From Alphaproteobacteria bacterium (lineage in GTDB: Bacteria > Pseudomonadota > Alphaproteobacteria > GCA-2746255), in assembly GCA_021296325.1 (NCBI GenBank), contig JAGWAR010000002.1, positions 65,459 through 129,458 of the forward strand: 64,000 bases of DNA, in the 5' to 3' direction. Position 1 is the first letter of the stretch. Every line of letters begins with the position of its first letter. Positions 9,278 through 19,595 of the stretch are shown piece by piece. The notes beneath the pieces were generated by a model, which was not told the DNA's origin, made no database searches, and saw only the letters and a program-made list of their open reading frames with translations. The position numbers and the translations under genes were made by a program.

Positions 9278-11089
9278 ATGCGCAGGGGGCCGGTCACCCA
9301 TAAAGCAACGTTGGCGGTCTGGACGGGAAGGAATTTCCTTGCCGTTCTCGCCCTTGTTCTCGTCGGGCTTCATCCCGGCGCGGGCGCCCTTCGGGCGGCG
9401 CCGGTGAAAGCGGGCGAGGTGGTGGTGGTGCCGGTGCTGTCGGACGAGGACCAGCAGCGTTACCGGGAAATCTTCGCCCTTCAGGAAGCGGGCGAGTGGA
9501 ACGCCGCCGACCGGCAGATCAAACAACTCAAAAACCGGGTGCTCGTCGGCCATCTGCTGGCCCAGCGCTACCTGCATCCGACGGCCTACCGTTCGAAGTT
9601 CGACGAGCTTCGCCGCTGGCTCGACGACTACGCCGACCACCCGGACGCCGGGCGTATCTATCGCCTGGCCCTTCGCCGCAAACCCGCGGGCGGGCGGGCG
9701 CCAAAGCGGCCCGTCGGCACCTATATCACCGGCCTTGAACGGCTGGGCGAAACGGAGGAAGGCGCCATCGCCTCGCCGCTGAAGACCTCGCGCGCCGTGC
9801 GCAAATTGCAAGGGCGGGTCCATTACTGGCTGCGCAGGGGCTACACGAAGCGCGCCGAAGGGATCCTCGAGGAAGGCCGCAAGACCCGCGGGGTGAACGA
9901 TACGGCCTACGACATCCTGCAGGCCGACGTCGCCGCCGGCTACCTGAGCAAGGGCAGGGTCGAGCAGGCCTATGCCCTGGTGCTCAAGAGCATCGAGCGT
10001 TCCGGCACGGCCGTGCCGGATGCCTATTGGACGGCAGGCCGTGCCGCCTGGCGGTTGGGTCGGTTCGACGCGGCGGGCGACCATTTTCAGGTGCTGGCCT
10101 CGATCGAGGGCATTTCCCCGGACCTGACGACGGCCGGCGCCTATTGGGCGGCGAGGAACGAGTTGATTCACCGCCGGCCGCAAAACGTCACGTACTGGCT
10201 CGACCGCGCCGCCCGGCATCCGCAAACCTTTTACGGCATCCTCGCCCGCCGGGCGCTGGGCCTGCGGCACGACTACCGGTGGGAAGCGCCGAAACTTACC
10301 CGCGACGACGTCGGGCGCATCGAAGCAATGACGCGCGGCGTGCGGGCCCTGGCGCTGCTGGAGGTCGGTCAGCGCTACCGGGCGGAACGGGAATTGCGCG
10401 CCGTCGCCGCCGATCCCGAACTCACCCGCCCGGTGCTGGCGCTGGCCAGCCATTTCGGGCTGCCATCCCTTTCCGTGCGGCTTTCCGGCCTGCTCAGCGA
10501 CGGCGAAGGCCATCCCGGCGTGGCCTATCCGATCCCGCCCTGGACCCCGGAGAAGGGCTATGCGGTCGATCGCGCGCTGCTTTACGCGATCATGCATCAG
10601 GAATCGCTGTTCAACATCCGCGCCAAGAGTCCGGCCGGCGCGCGCGGTCTCATGCAGCTTCTGCCCGGAACCGCCAATCTGATGGTGCGCGGGCGGCCCT
10701 TTTCGGGCATTCGCCGCGACCGGTTGTTTCAGCCGGAATTGAACCTCGAGATCGGGCAGAAATTCGTGCTGCACCTTCTCAAGAACCAACAGATTCAGGG
10801 CAATCTGTTCCTGCTGACGGCCTCCTACAATGCGGGCCTGAGCCGCGTCACCGGCTGGCAGCGCAAGATGATGCCGAAGGACGACGATGCGCTTCTGTTC
10901 ATCGAAAGCCTGCCTTCGAAGGAAACGCGAATTTTCGTGAAGCGCGTTTTCCGCAATCTCTGGATCTATCGCGAACGGTTGAACCAAGCGGCGCCGTCGC
11001 TTGACGCGATCCTGGGCGGCGCATGGCCGGTCTATGTCGCCCTTGACGGCACGGAAAAAGAGACCCAGGTGGCGGAGCATGACGATTGA
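9278..11089 (+). CDS. slt: Soluble lytic murein transglycosylase (Slt family)
   Basis: Signal peptide LAVLALVLVGL, superhelical N-terminal repeats, and a C-terminal lysozyme-like SLT domain (IMHQESLFNIRAKSPAGARGLMQLLPGTA). Confidence 0.8.
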   Translation: MRRGPVTHKATLAVWTGRNFLAVLALVLVGLHPGAGALRAAPVKAGEVVVVPVLSDEDQQRYREIFALQEAGEWNAADRQIKQLKNRVLVGHLLAQRYLHPTAYRSKFDELRRWLDDYADHPDAGRIYRLALRRKPAGGRAPKRPVGTYITGLERLGETEEGAIASPLKTSRAVRKLQGRVHYWLRRGYTKRAEGILEEGRKTRGVNDTAYDILQADVAAGYLSKGRVEQAYALVLKSIERSGTAVPDAYWTAGRAAWRLGRFDAAGDHFQVLASIEGISPDLTTAGAYWAARNELIHRRPQNVTYWLDRAARHPQTFYGILARRALGLRHDYRWEAPKLTRDDVGRIEAMTRGVRALALLEVGQRYRAERELRAVAADPELTRPVLALASHFGLPSLSVRLSGLLSDGEGHPGVAYPIPPWTPEKGYAVDRALLYAIMHQESLFNIRAKSPAGARGLMQLLPGTANLMVRGRPFSGIRRDRLFQPELNLEIGQKFVLHLLKNQQIQGNLFLLTASYNAGLSRVTGWQRKMMPKDDDALLFIESLPSKETRIFVKRVFRNLWIYRERLNQAAPSLDAILGGAWPVYVALDGTEKETQVAEHDD

Positions 11090-11606
11090 TGAATCAAAAC
11101 CGTTTGTCCCCGTCAACGTCGCGGTACTGACCGTATCGGACACCCGCAGCGCGGCGGACGACAAATCCGGGAACGTACTGGCCGAACGTATCACCGAAGC
11201 CGGCCACCACCTGATCGACCGCGCCATCGTCAAGGACACCGCGGAGGCGATCACCGCGAAGCTGCGCGAATGGATCGCCAACCAGGAAGTGGATTGCGTC
11301 ATCGCCACCGGCGGCACCGGGTTGACGGGCCGTGACGTGACGCCGGAGGCCTTTCGTTCGGTCTATGAAAAAGAGATCGAGGGCTTCGGCGAATTGTTCC
11401 GGCAATTGAGCTTTGAAAAGATCGGTACTTCGACCATCCAGTCGCGCGCCACGGGCGGGGTTGCCAACGGCACGTTCCTGTTTGCATTGCCGGGCTCGCC
11501 CGGCGCCTGCAAGGACGGCTGGGACGGCATCCTCCGCCACCAGATGGACAGCCGTTTGCGGCCCTGCAATTTCGTCGAGCTGATGCCGCGCCTGAAAGAG
11601 CGCTAG
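11079..11606 (+). CDS. moaB: Molybdenum cofactor biosynthesis protein B (MogA/MoaB fold)
   Basis: MTIDESKPFVPVNVAVLTVSDTRS...ATGGTGLTGRDVTPEA. The ATG at 11079 overlaps the slt stop by 11 nt; the track's upstream extension has no homology. Confidence 0.8.
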   Translation: MTIDESKPFVPVNVAVLTVSDTRSAADDKSGNVLAERITEAGHHLIDRAIVKDTAEAITAKLREWIANQEVDCVIATGGTGLTGRDVTPEAFRSVYEKEIEGFGELFRQLSFEKIGTSTIQSRATGGVANGTFLFALPGSPGACKDGWDGILRHQMDSRLRPCNFVELMPRLKER

Positions 11607-12247
11607 GCCGCACCCTTCCTTTGCCGCCAGCGGCGGTAATCCGCCTCGTCATCCACGTCGTCGCGAGTCGCGATACGGGCAATCCGCCAATCCGGTTTCA
11701 GATTGCCAAGCGTGTCGGCCAGGGCGTGGGGCGAGGACCAGCGCACCCGCCGGAAGGGATGAAAGGGCGGCAGGAGACGCCGAAAGCCGACCAGCCAGTA
11801 GCCGCCATCCCCGGCCGGGCCGAAGACGGCGTCGTGATCGCCAAGCGCGCGGAAGGCGGCCTGGATGTCGCGCAACGAAACGGAAGGCACGTCCGCCCCC
11901 ATGAGGACGATCGGCCCCCTGGGCAGCGTTCGAAAGACGCGGCCCATGCGCGCGCCGAGACCGCCGGCGCCCTGGGGGATGACCCGCGCCGGGCCTGCCT
12001 GCGGCCAGACCTGGGGGATGCCGCCCGCCCCATCCGGCGTGATCGCAAGCCAGAGGCGAACGCGCGGGTCGCGGCGGCATTTCGAAAGCAGGCTGGCCGT
12101 CGTCTCCCGGTGAAAGCGAAGGGCGGGCACGGGCCCGATTCCCCGGGCGAGCCGTTGCTTGCCAAGGCCGAGACGCGGCGCGCGCGTAAAGAGAACGAGG
12201 TGACGGTCCGGCCCGCGGCGGCGCTTGCGTGCCCGGTGCCGTTTCAT
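11603..12247 (-). CDS. DUF2064 / TIGR04282-type glycosyltransferase-like protein
   Basis: 214 aa. LVLFTRAPRLGLGKQRLARGIG...LMGADVPSVSLRDIQAAF...GPAGDGGYWLVGFRR. Its ATG overlaps the upstream GT2 stop (ATGA). The 408-aa track ORF is an N-terminal over-extension. Confidence 0.65.
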   Translation of the reverse strand: MKRHRARKRRRGPDRHLVLFTRAPRLGLGKQRLARGIGPVPALRFHRETTASLLSKCRRDPRVRLWLAITPDGAGGIPQVWPQAGPARVIPQGAGGLGARMGRVFRTLPRGPIVLMGADVPSVSLRDIQAAFRALGDHDAVFGPAGDGGYWLVGFRRLLPPFHPFRRVRWSSPHALADTLGNLKPDWRIARIATRDDVDDEADYRRWRQRKGAA

Positions 12248-12939
12248 CCGTAAAGCCGGCGCAGGCGTTCGGTCGAAACGCCGAGGAAATAAAGGGCAAG
12301 GCAGAAGAGGTTGCGCAACGGGCGGCGCCAGTACCCTTCCTTGTCGTAGCGTTCGGCCGAGGTCGGCAGCGGCGCATCGAGCAGGACGAGCCGGGCCTTG
12401 CCAAGGCGGCGCACGATCTCGATGTCCTCCATGATCGGGATCGGGGAAAAACCGCCGATCTCGTCGTAAAGGGCGCGCGAAAGCAAAAGCCCCTGATCCC
12501 CGTAAGGAAGCCCCAGCACCCGGCTGCGCCAGGCCACCAGGCGTTCGATCCGCCGCGCCGCCGGTTTCCCGCTTGCCAGCGCAAAGCGAAAGCAGGCCGC
12601 CAGGTGGTAGTGGTCCGGTTCGTCCATGAAGGCCTTGGCAGCGACGGCCCATTCCGGCCCGGGCGCGGTGTCGGCGTGCAGGAAGAACAGCCATTCTCCC
12701 CTTGCCGCCGCCGCCCCAGCGCACAGCTGTGCGCCGCGTCCGGGCGTGGCCACGGAAAGGACGGTGGCGCCGTGACGCCTTGCCAGCGCGGCCGTGTCGT
12801 CGGTCGAGCCGCCATCGGCGACGACGCATTCATGGTCGAAGGCCGAGCCGGCCTTTTCGATCGCCGTCAGGGTCCGGCCAAGATGGGCCGCCGCGTTGCG
12901 GGTGGGAAGCACGATGCTGAGCAAGGGGTTCTGCGGCAT
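12244..12939 (-). CDS. Family-2 glycosyltransferase (TIGR04283-like partner of DUF2064)
   Basis: LSIVLPTRNAAAHL... ECVVADGGSTDDT ... DQGLLLSRALYDEIGGF. GT-A fold with DxD-like motif. Start at M19 of the track ORF. Confidence 0.7.
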   Translation of the reverse strand: MPQNPLLSIVLPTRNAAAHLGRTLTAIEKAGSAFDHECVVADGGSTDDTAALARRHGATVLSVATPGRGAQLCAGAAAARGEWLFFLHADTAPGPEWAVAAKAFMDEPDHYHLAACFRFALASGKPAARRIERLVAWRSRVLGLPYGDQGLLLSRALYDEIGGFSPIPIMEDIEIVRRLGKARLVLLDAPLPTSAERYDKEGYWRRPLRNLFCLALYFLGVSTERLRRLYG

Positions 12940-13064
12940 GGGACGACGGGTCCAATTTTTCGCCTGTTTAGCACAGAAGCCAGGGCCTGCCATGCCCCGG
13001 CTGCCGAGGGCCGCCGATAAATGTTCTTGATTTGTTCTAACCTGCCGCCTAGCCTTCCGCCATC

Positions 13065-14153
13065 ATGGTCGACCTGCTTCCCGATCGTCCCCGCAAGGGC
13101 CGCGGCGCCGTCAGCAACCCGACCGGGCGCTTCGAGGCGGCCGTGCGGTTTGCCGTGGCCGACGGCTGGACGGAGGAACGGGAGCCGGAGGAAGCGGGGC
13201 CGCTGCGCACCCGGGTCACCATCGATGCGACGCGTTCGATCCTCACCCGCAACAACTCGCCGGACATTCCCTTCAACCGTTCGATCAATCCCTATCGCGG
13301 CTGCGAGCATGGCTGCATCTATTGCTTCGCCCGCCCAACCCACGCCTATCTCGGCCTTTCCCCCGGCCTGGATTTCGAAAGCCGGCTGTTTGCGAAACCG
13401 AACGCGCCCGAATTGCTGGCCGCGGAACTGCGCAAGCCCGGCTATCGCTGCGAGGTGCTGGCCCTTGGCATGAACACGGACTGCTACCAGCCGATCGAAC
13501 GGCGTTACGAGATCACCCGCAAGATTCTGGAAACGCTGGCCGCCTTCGGCCAGCCGGTGAACCTGGTGACGAAATCGACGCTGGTGCTGCGCGACCTCGA
13601 CATCCTGGGCGAGATGGCGGCGCGGCGCCTGGTCAAGGTGTTCGTGTCGGTGACGAGCCTGAGGCCGGAGATCGCGCGCACGCTGGAGCCGCGCGCCCCC
13701 CACCCGAAGCACCGTATCGAGACGATCCGGAGACTGGCCGAGGCAGGCGTGCCGGCCGGCGTCATGACGGCGCCGGTCATTCCCTTTCTCACCGACCCGG
13801 AAATGGAAAAAATTCTGAAGACGGCGGCGAAGGCCGGCGCCAAGGAGGCCGGGTACGTGGCCTTGCGCCTTCCCCGCGAGGTTGCGCCCTTGTTCCGCGA
13901 ATGGCTGGAGGCCAACGCCCCCGGCAAGGCGAACCACGTGATGAGCCTGGTCCAGGGCATGCGCGGCGGCAAGGATTACGATTCCCGTTTCTTCATCCGC
14001 CGCCGCGGCATCGGAAACTACGCGGAACTTCTCGCCAAGCGGTTCAAGCTCGCCTGCCGGCGGCTGGGGCTGAACGAAAAGGCGATCGCGCTTGACTGCA
14101 GCCGGTTCCGCCCGCCACCGGGCGTAGGCGCGCAGCTCGATCTCTTTTCCTGA
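13065..14153 (+). CDS. Radical SAM protein (PA0069/SplB-like family)
   Basis: 362 aa with CEHGCIYC (CX3CX2C), transcribed divergently from the GT pair. Confidence 0.8.
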   Translation: MVDLLPDRPRKGRGAVSNPTGRFEAAVRFAVADGWTEEREPEEAGPLRTRVTIDATRSILTRNNSPDIPFNRSINPYRGCEHGCIYCFARPTHAYLGLSPGLDFESRLFAKPNAPELLAAELRKPGYRCEVLALGMNTDCYQPIERRYEITRKILETLAAFGQPVNLVTKSTLVLRDLDILGEMAARRLVKVFVSVTSLRPEIARTLEPRAPHPKHRIETIRRLAEAGVPAGVMTAPVIPFLTDPEMEKILKTAAKAGAKEAGYVALRLPREVAPLFREWLEANAPGKANHVMSLVQGMRGGKDYDSRFFIRRRGIGNYAELLAKRFKLACRRLGLNEKAIALDCSRFRPPPGVGAQLDLFS

Positions 14154-14205
14154 AGGCAATCCGTGCTAGGGTCTGGCCGACGGGAATCTTCACGGGCCAT
14201 TTGCC

Positions 14206-14835
14206 GTGCCGGACTTTGCCCTGGAAATGGAAGTGCCCGGCCCGGTCGCCGGGATCGACGAGGTGGGCCGCGGGCCGCTGGCCGGGCCCGTGCTGGCTGC
14301 TGCCGTCATCCTGAAGCCGGAAGACTTTCCGAAACATCTGCATGGCGAGGTCCGGGATTCGAAAACGCTGTCGGCAGGCAAGCGCGAAGCGGTCCTGAAG
14401 GCGCTGCTGCCCATCAGCCGCATCGGCATCGGAGCGGCGAGCGTGCGCGAGATCGACCGCCTCAACATCCTGAACGCCACCTTTCTGGCCATGGCCCGCG
14501 CCGTGCAGGCGCTGCAGCTTGAACCGGCGCTGGCGCTGGTCGACGGCAACCGAGCGCCCGCCCTTGCCTGCCCGGTCCGCACCGTCGTCGGCGGCGAAAT
14601 GGTGAGCCTTTCCATCGCAGCCGCCTCCATCGTCGCCAAGGTGACGCGGGACCGACTGATGGTGCGGCTGGGCCGGCGCCATCCCGGCTATGGCTGGGAG
14701 CGGAACGCCGGCTACGGCACGGCGGCCCATCGGGAGGCCCTGCTCAGCCTGGGGGTGACCCCACATCATCGGTTGAGCTTCCGCCCCATCCCCCAGATCT
14801 TGAGTCATGGGGCCGATTCAGACCTAACATATTGA
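14206..14835 (+). CDS. rnhB: Ribonuclease HII
   Basis: VAGIDEVGRGPLAGPVLAAAVIL catalytic DEDD motifs; 209 aa. Confidence 0.9.
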   Translation: MPDFALEMEVPGPVAGIDEVGRGPLAGPVLAAAVILKPEDFPKHLHGEVRDSKTLSAGKREAVLKALLPISRIGIGAASVREIDRLNILNATFLAMARAVQALQLEPALALVDGNRAPALACPVRTVVGGEMVSLSIAAASIVAKVTRDRLMVRLGRRHPGYGWERNAGYGTAAHREALLSLGVTPHHRLSFRPIPQILSHGADSDLTY

Positions 14836-15975
<1,140 letters not shown>

Positions 15976-16040
15976 AAACGGGCGGCGTCGCCCACAACCA
16001 ATCCACAGATATAATTTATATATTTCAAGTGGTTATTCAC

Positions 16041-16067
16041 TTATCCACAATTTAAATCTTTGTTAAC
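16041..16067. promoter_or_regulatory. Perfect DnaA box (TTATCCACA) abutting a perfect CtrA box (TTAA-N7-TTAAC) within an AT-rich island
   Basis: Read directly from the sequence: TTATCCACA at 16041-16049, and TTAAATCTTTGTTAAC at 16052-16067. Confidence 0.45.
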
Positions 16068-16224
16068 CAATAATCCTTCTAATAACACCTCTAAAAGTTG
16101 AACCGCGCAGTAAAGGTTGAACCTAATACGTGTGAGCGCACAGGAACGTTCTGGGGAAACGGCGAAAACGCCAGGGGGGACCAAGATTCCTTAGAACGAC
16201 GGCCGGCCGGAAAGGAACCAGGCC

Positions 16225-17187
16225 ATGCGAAATGCGAGATCCATCCCCCCACTGCCGCCGCCACCCGCGGCGCACGCGCCGGCGAAACGATCACGCCGGA
16301 CGGATCCGCGACCAAAAGCCACCACAATCACAGGAGAGACGGTTTCGCGTTTGGCGAACCGTAAAGAGAACGTGAAGTACAACACCCATCCACACATCCT
16401 CGTCGCCGACGACAACGTGGCGATGCAGGATGCCGTGCTGACCATCCTGCGCGTCGCCGGTTTCGATCCGGACGGCGTCGACAATGGCGAGGCCGCCATC
16501 GAGGCGGTCAAGCAGGCAGATTACGATCTCGTCCTGATGGATGTCGACATGCCGAAGCTGAACGGCATCGATGCGACGAAAGCCATTCGGGCGCTGCCGA
16601 ACGGAAAAAGCCGGGTTCCCATTCTCGCCTTCAGCGGCAGCGTCACGCCATACGACCGGGAACGCTTCTACCAAGCCGGCATGGACGGTTTTGCCGCCAA
16701 GCCCATCGCCGCCAGGGAGCTGGTCACTCTGGTCGAGCACTGGACCCACCCCGAACCACGGACGAAAGCGACGCCAAGGAAGTCCGACCTGCCACTGATC
16801 GAGCCGATGACGCTGGCCGATCTGGAGGCGATGATCGGGATCGACCTGCTGCTCGAGATACTCGTGCTGTTCGACGAAACCGCCTGTCGCCATGCCGACG
16901 GCATGCGCGCCGCGGTGAAGGAAAAGGACGCTGCCCGGCTTGCCCGGGACGCCCATGACTTGAAAAGCATCGCCGGCAATTGCGGGTTTACCCGGTTAAG
17001 CCGTCACGCCGCCACCATCGAGACGGCCTGCAAGAACGGCGAGGCCGACCGCGCCTTCGCATGGGCCCGCGAGGTGGACGGCATGCTTGCCGAATCGCGG
17101 GCATGCCTGCTTGCCACCTACCCCGGCATCCAGGCGAAATACGCAACCAGCGCGCAAGGCTCACGCGCGGCGGCCCAGGGCAACTGA
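16225..17187 (+). CDS. Response-regulator receiver fused to a C-terminal HPt domain
   Basis: Receiver: ILVADDN...LVLMDVDMPKLNG...ILAFSG. HPt: HDLKSIAGNCG (HxxKG...G). A proline-rich ~55-aa N-terminal extension; the start is uncertain. Confidence 0.75.
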   Translation: MRNARSIPPLPPPPAAHAPAKRSRRTDPRPKATTITGETVSRLANRKENVKYNTHPHILVADDNVAMQDAVLTILRVAGFDPDGVDNGEAAIEAVKQADYDLVLMDVDMPKLNGIDATKAIRALPNGKSRVPILAFSGSVTPYDRERFYQAGMDGFAAKPIAARELVTLVEHWTHPEPRTKATPRKSDLPLIEPMTLADLEAMIGIDLLLEILVLFDETACRHADGMRAAVKEKDAARLARDAHDLKSIAGNCGFTRLSRHAATIETACKNGEADRAFAWAREVDGMLAESRACLLATYPGIQAKYATSAQGSRAAAQGN

Positions 17188-18294
17188 TTCCACTTCGAGA
17201 ACGTGGCGGGTGAGCTTCCGCATCGCGGAAGGCAGTGCGTAGTCGCCAAACCGTTCCGGCCGGCACCAGACCGCGTTCTCAAGCGGGCGGGTCCGGCCCC
17301 GCGTCTCGGCCGCCACGATCTGAAGCTCCAGCCGAAAATGGGAAAATTCGTGCCGGACCGTTCCCGGCAACAGCCGCTGGCGGCACAGCTTGGCCGGCGG
17401 CAGAGGCGTTTCCTTCAGCGCCTCCGCCAGCGTCCATGCGCCCGGACGCCAGTCGGTGGAGGGGATTTCCATCATACCGCCGAGCAGGCCCCGTTCCGGG
17501 CGGCGGCGCAGCAACACGGCGCCATCGCCGCGCCGGAGCCAGAAGGCGATGCCGTGCCGGGTGGGACGCGTCGCCTTGCGCTGGCGTTTGGGCAGTGTGG
17601 TGGCGATCCCCTGCTTCCGCGCCTCGCAGGCGAAGGCCCAGGGGCAGGCGTCGCAGGCCGGGTTCGCCGGCCGGCAGACGGCGCCGCCGAGTTCCATGAT
17701 GGCGTGGGCGTAATCGCCGGGGCGGTGGGCGGGGGTCAGCGTCGCGGCAAGTTCGCGGATCGCGACCTTCGCCTTGGGCAACGGGTCCGTCACCGCGAAG
17801 AGGCGGGCGATTACGCGTTCGACATTGCCATCGACGACGGTGGCCGGCTTGCCAAAGGCAATGGCGGCAATGGCGGCAGCGCTATAGGGGCCGATGCCGG
17901 GAAGCTGGCGTAGCCCCGCTTCGTCCTCAGGGAAGCGGCCGGCGAACTCGTCCCGAACGAGGCGGGCCGCCCGGTGCAAATTGCGCGCCCGGCTGTAATA
18001 GCCGAGGCCCTGCCAAGCATGGAGTACGGCGTCCAGCTCGGCGGCGGCGAGGTCCTCGAGCCGCGGCCAACGGGCGGTGAATTCCCGGAAATAGGGCTCG
18101 ACGGTGGCGGCCTGGGTCTGCTGCAGCATCACCTCGGCAAGCCAAACCCGGTAGGGGTCCGTTGGTTCGCCCGTCTCCGCCCGCCACAGGAAGGAACGGT
18201 GCCCGCGGTCGTACCAGGCGAGAAGCGCCGACACCAAACGGGCCGGGTCGGTCTCCGGGCGCTTGCGCGGCGCCTTGCGCTTGCCTGCCATCAC
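17161..18294 (-). CDS. mutY: A/G-specific adenine DNA glycosylase
   Basis: HhH-GPD motif, 4Fe-4S cluster cysteines (CRPANPACDACPWAFAC), and a C-terminal NUDIX-like domain. Confidence 0.9.
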   Translation of the reverse strand: MMAGKRKAPRKRPETDPARLVSALLAWYDRGHRSFLWRAETGEPTDPYRVWLAEVMLQQTQAATVEPYFREFTARWPRLEDLAAAELDAVLHAWQGLGYYSRARNLHRAARLVRDEFAGRFPEDEAGLRQLPGIGPYSAAAIAAIAFGKPATVVDGNVERVIARLFAVTDPLPKAKVAIRELAATLTPAHRPGDYAHAIMELGGAVCRPANPACDACPWAFACEARKQGIATTLPKRQRKATRPTRHGIAFWLRRGDGAVLLRRRPERGLLGGMMEIPSTDWRPGAWTLAEALKETPLPPAKLCRQRLLPGTVRHEFSHFRLELQIVAAETRGRTRPLENAVWCRPERFGDYALPSAMRKLTRHVLEVESVALGRRA

Positions 18295-18402
18295 CCGGTT
18301 TCCCCGCGTCTCATCGATTGCCCGTCCCCCGCTTCGGGCCTAGCATAGGGATGCAACCGGCCCATCGCCAAGGCCGGATCATGGTTCAGGGAAACGCTTG
18401 CG

Positions 18403-18870
18403 ATGTCTGCCGAACGCCGGGGAACCCGATCCCTCGCCCAACTTGTCCCGCACATCACCCGAAGGGCGCTTGGCCGCCGCGGCGCCGCCGTCGCCGGGCT
18501 GGTTTCGAAATGGCCGGACATCGTGGGGCCGGCCATCGCCCGGGCCAGCCTGCCCAGGAAACTGATCTTCCCGAAGGGCGAGCGCAGCGGCGGCACGCTG
18601 CAGATCGCCGTCGCCGGCAGCCTGGCCGTCGAACTGCAGCATCTGGAGCCGCAGGTGCTGGAGCGGATCAACGGATTCCTCGGCTATGCCGCCGTCAAGC
18701 GGCTGCGGCTCGTTCAGGACATGACGGTGGCAACCGGGAAGGCGCCGGCACCGGAAAAGGGGACGGATGCGGCGGACGGTTCGGAGGACGCGACGCTCGA
18801 CGGCGCGCTCGACCGGCTGGGGAAAGCCGTGCGCAGGGCGACGGCAGCCGACGCGACCAAGAAAAGGTAG
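18403..18870 (+). CDS. dciA: DUF721-family protein (DciA-like putative helicase loader)
   Basis: 155 aa. Sits in the conserved alphaproteobacterial mutY-divergent position and matches the size and charge pattern of DUF721. Confidence 0.55.
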   Translation: MSAERRGTRSLAQLVPHITRRALGRRGAAVAGLVSKWPDIVGPAIARASLPRKLIFPKGERSGGTLQIAVAGSLAVELQHLEPQVLERINGFLGYAAVKRLRLVQDMTVATGKAPAPEKGTDAADGSEDATLDGALDRLGKAVRRATAADATKKR

Positions 18871-18943
18871 GGGGCCGACCCAGGAACCTCGCCCGATGCG
18901 CAGCTTGCCGGCCCCTTCCCCCACCCCTATACTGCCCCGCAGC

Positions 18944-19594
18944 ATGCCATATCTTGTGGATCTAGGGCGTCTAGCTCGCCATATCCTGTTTTTTCTGGCC
19001 CTTGTCCTGCCGGTGGCGGCCTGCGATTCGGAGAGCGGCACCAACGGCACCATGGATCAGGCACCGGGGCCGGTACGGGCGCTGGGCGCGGAGGACGCGC
19101 CGGTCACGATCATCGATTACTCGTCGCTGACCTGCCCGCATTGCGCGCAGTTCCACACCGATATCCTGCCGGAGCTGAAGAAGAAGTACATCGACACCGG
19201 AAAGGTGCGACTGGTTTACCGCAATTTTCCCCTCGACAACGTCGCCCACAAGGCGGCAATGCTGGTGAGTTGCGCGCCGGAGGGGAAATATTTTCAGCTT
19301 CTCGACCTGCTGTTCGCACGCCAGCGTCAATGGGCGACGTCGGAGGATCCCCGTAGCGCCCTCATGAACCTTGGCAAAATGGTCGGCATCGACGAAAGGC
19401 GTTTCGACGCCTGCATCAACGATACGGAACTGGGCAATCTGATTCTGGAAGAACGCGTCTATGGCGACAAGACATACAAGATCCGTTCGACGCCCACTTT
19501 CGTCATTCGCGGCGAAAACCATGTCGGCGCGCTGCCCATTGAGGATTTCGATGCTATCCTGGCGCCTCTGTTGAGCGAATCCGGAGCAAACTGA
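18944..19594 (+). CDS. dsbA: DsbA-family thiol:disulfide oxidoreductase (lipoprotein-type signal)
   Basis: Signal plus lipobox LALVLPVAAC, thioredoxin active site CPHC; 216 aa. Confidence 0.8.
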   Translation: MPYLVDLGRLARHILFFLALVLPVAACDSESGTNGTMDQAPGPVRALGAEDAPVTIIDYSSLTCPHCAQFHTDILPELKKKYIDTGKVRLVYRNFPLDNVAHKAAMLVSCAPEGKYFQLLDLLFARQRQWATSEDPRSALMNLGKMVGIDERRFDACINDTELGNLILEERVYGDKTYKIRSTPTFVIRGENHVGALPIEDFDAILAPLLSESGAN

Positions 19595-19595
19595 A

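Noticed and set aside
15976-16224. Calling the AT-rich DnaA-box island the chromosomal origin (oriC)
   Set aside because: There are only two DnaA-type boxes in ~200 bp, no hemE or dnaA neighbours, and GC-skew cannot be computed from one window. It is kept as a regulatory or origin-like candidate rather than an origin call.
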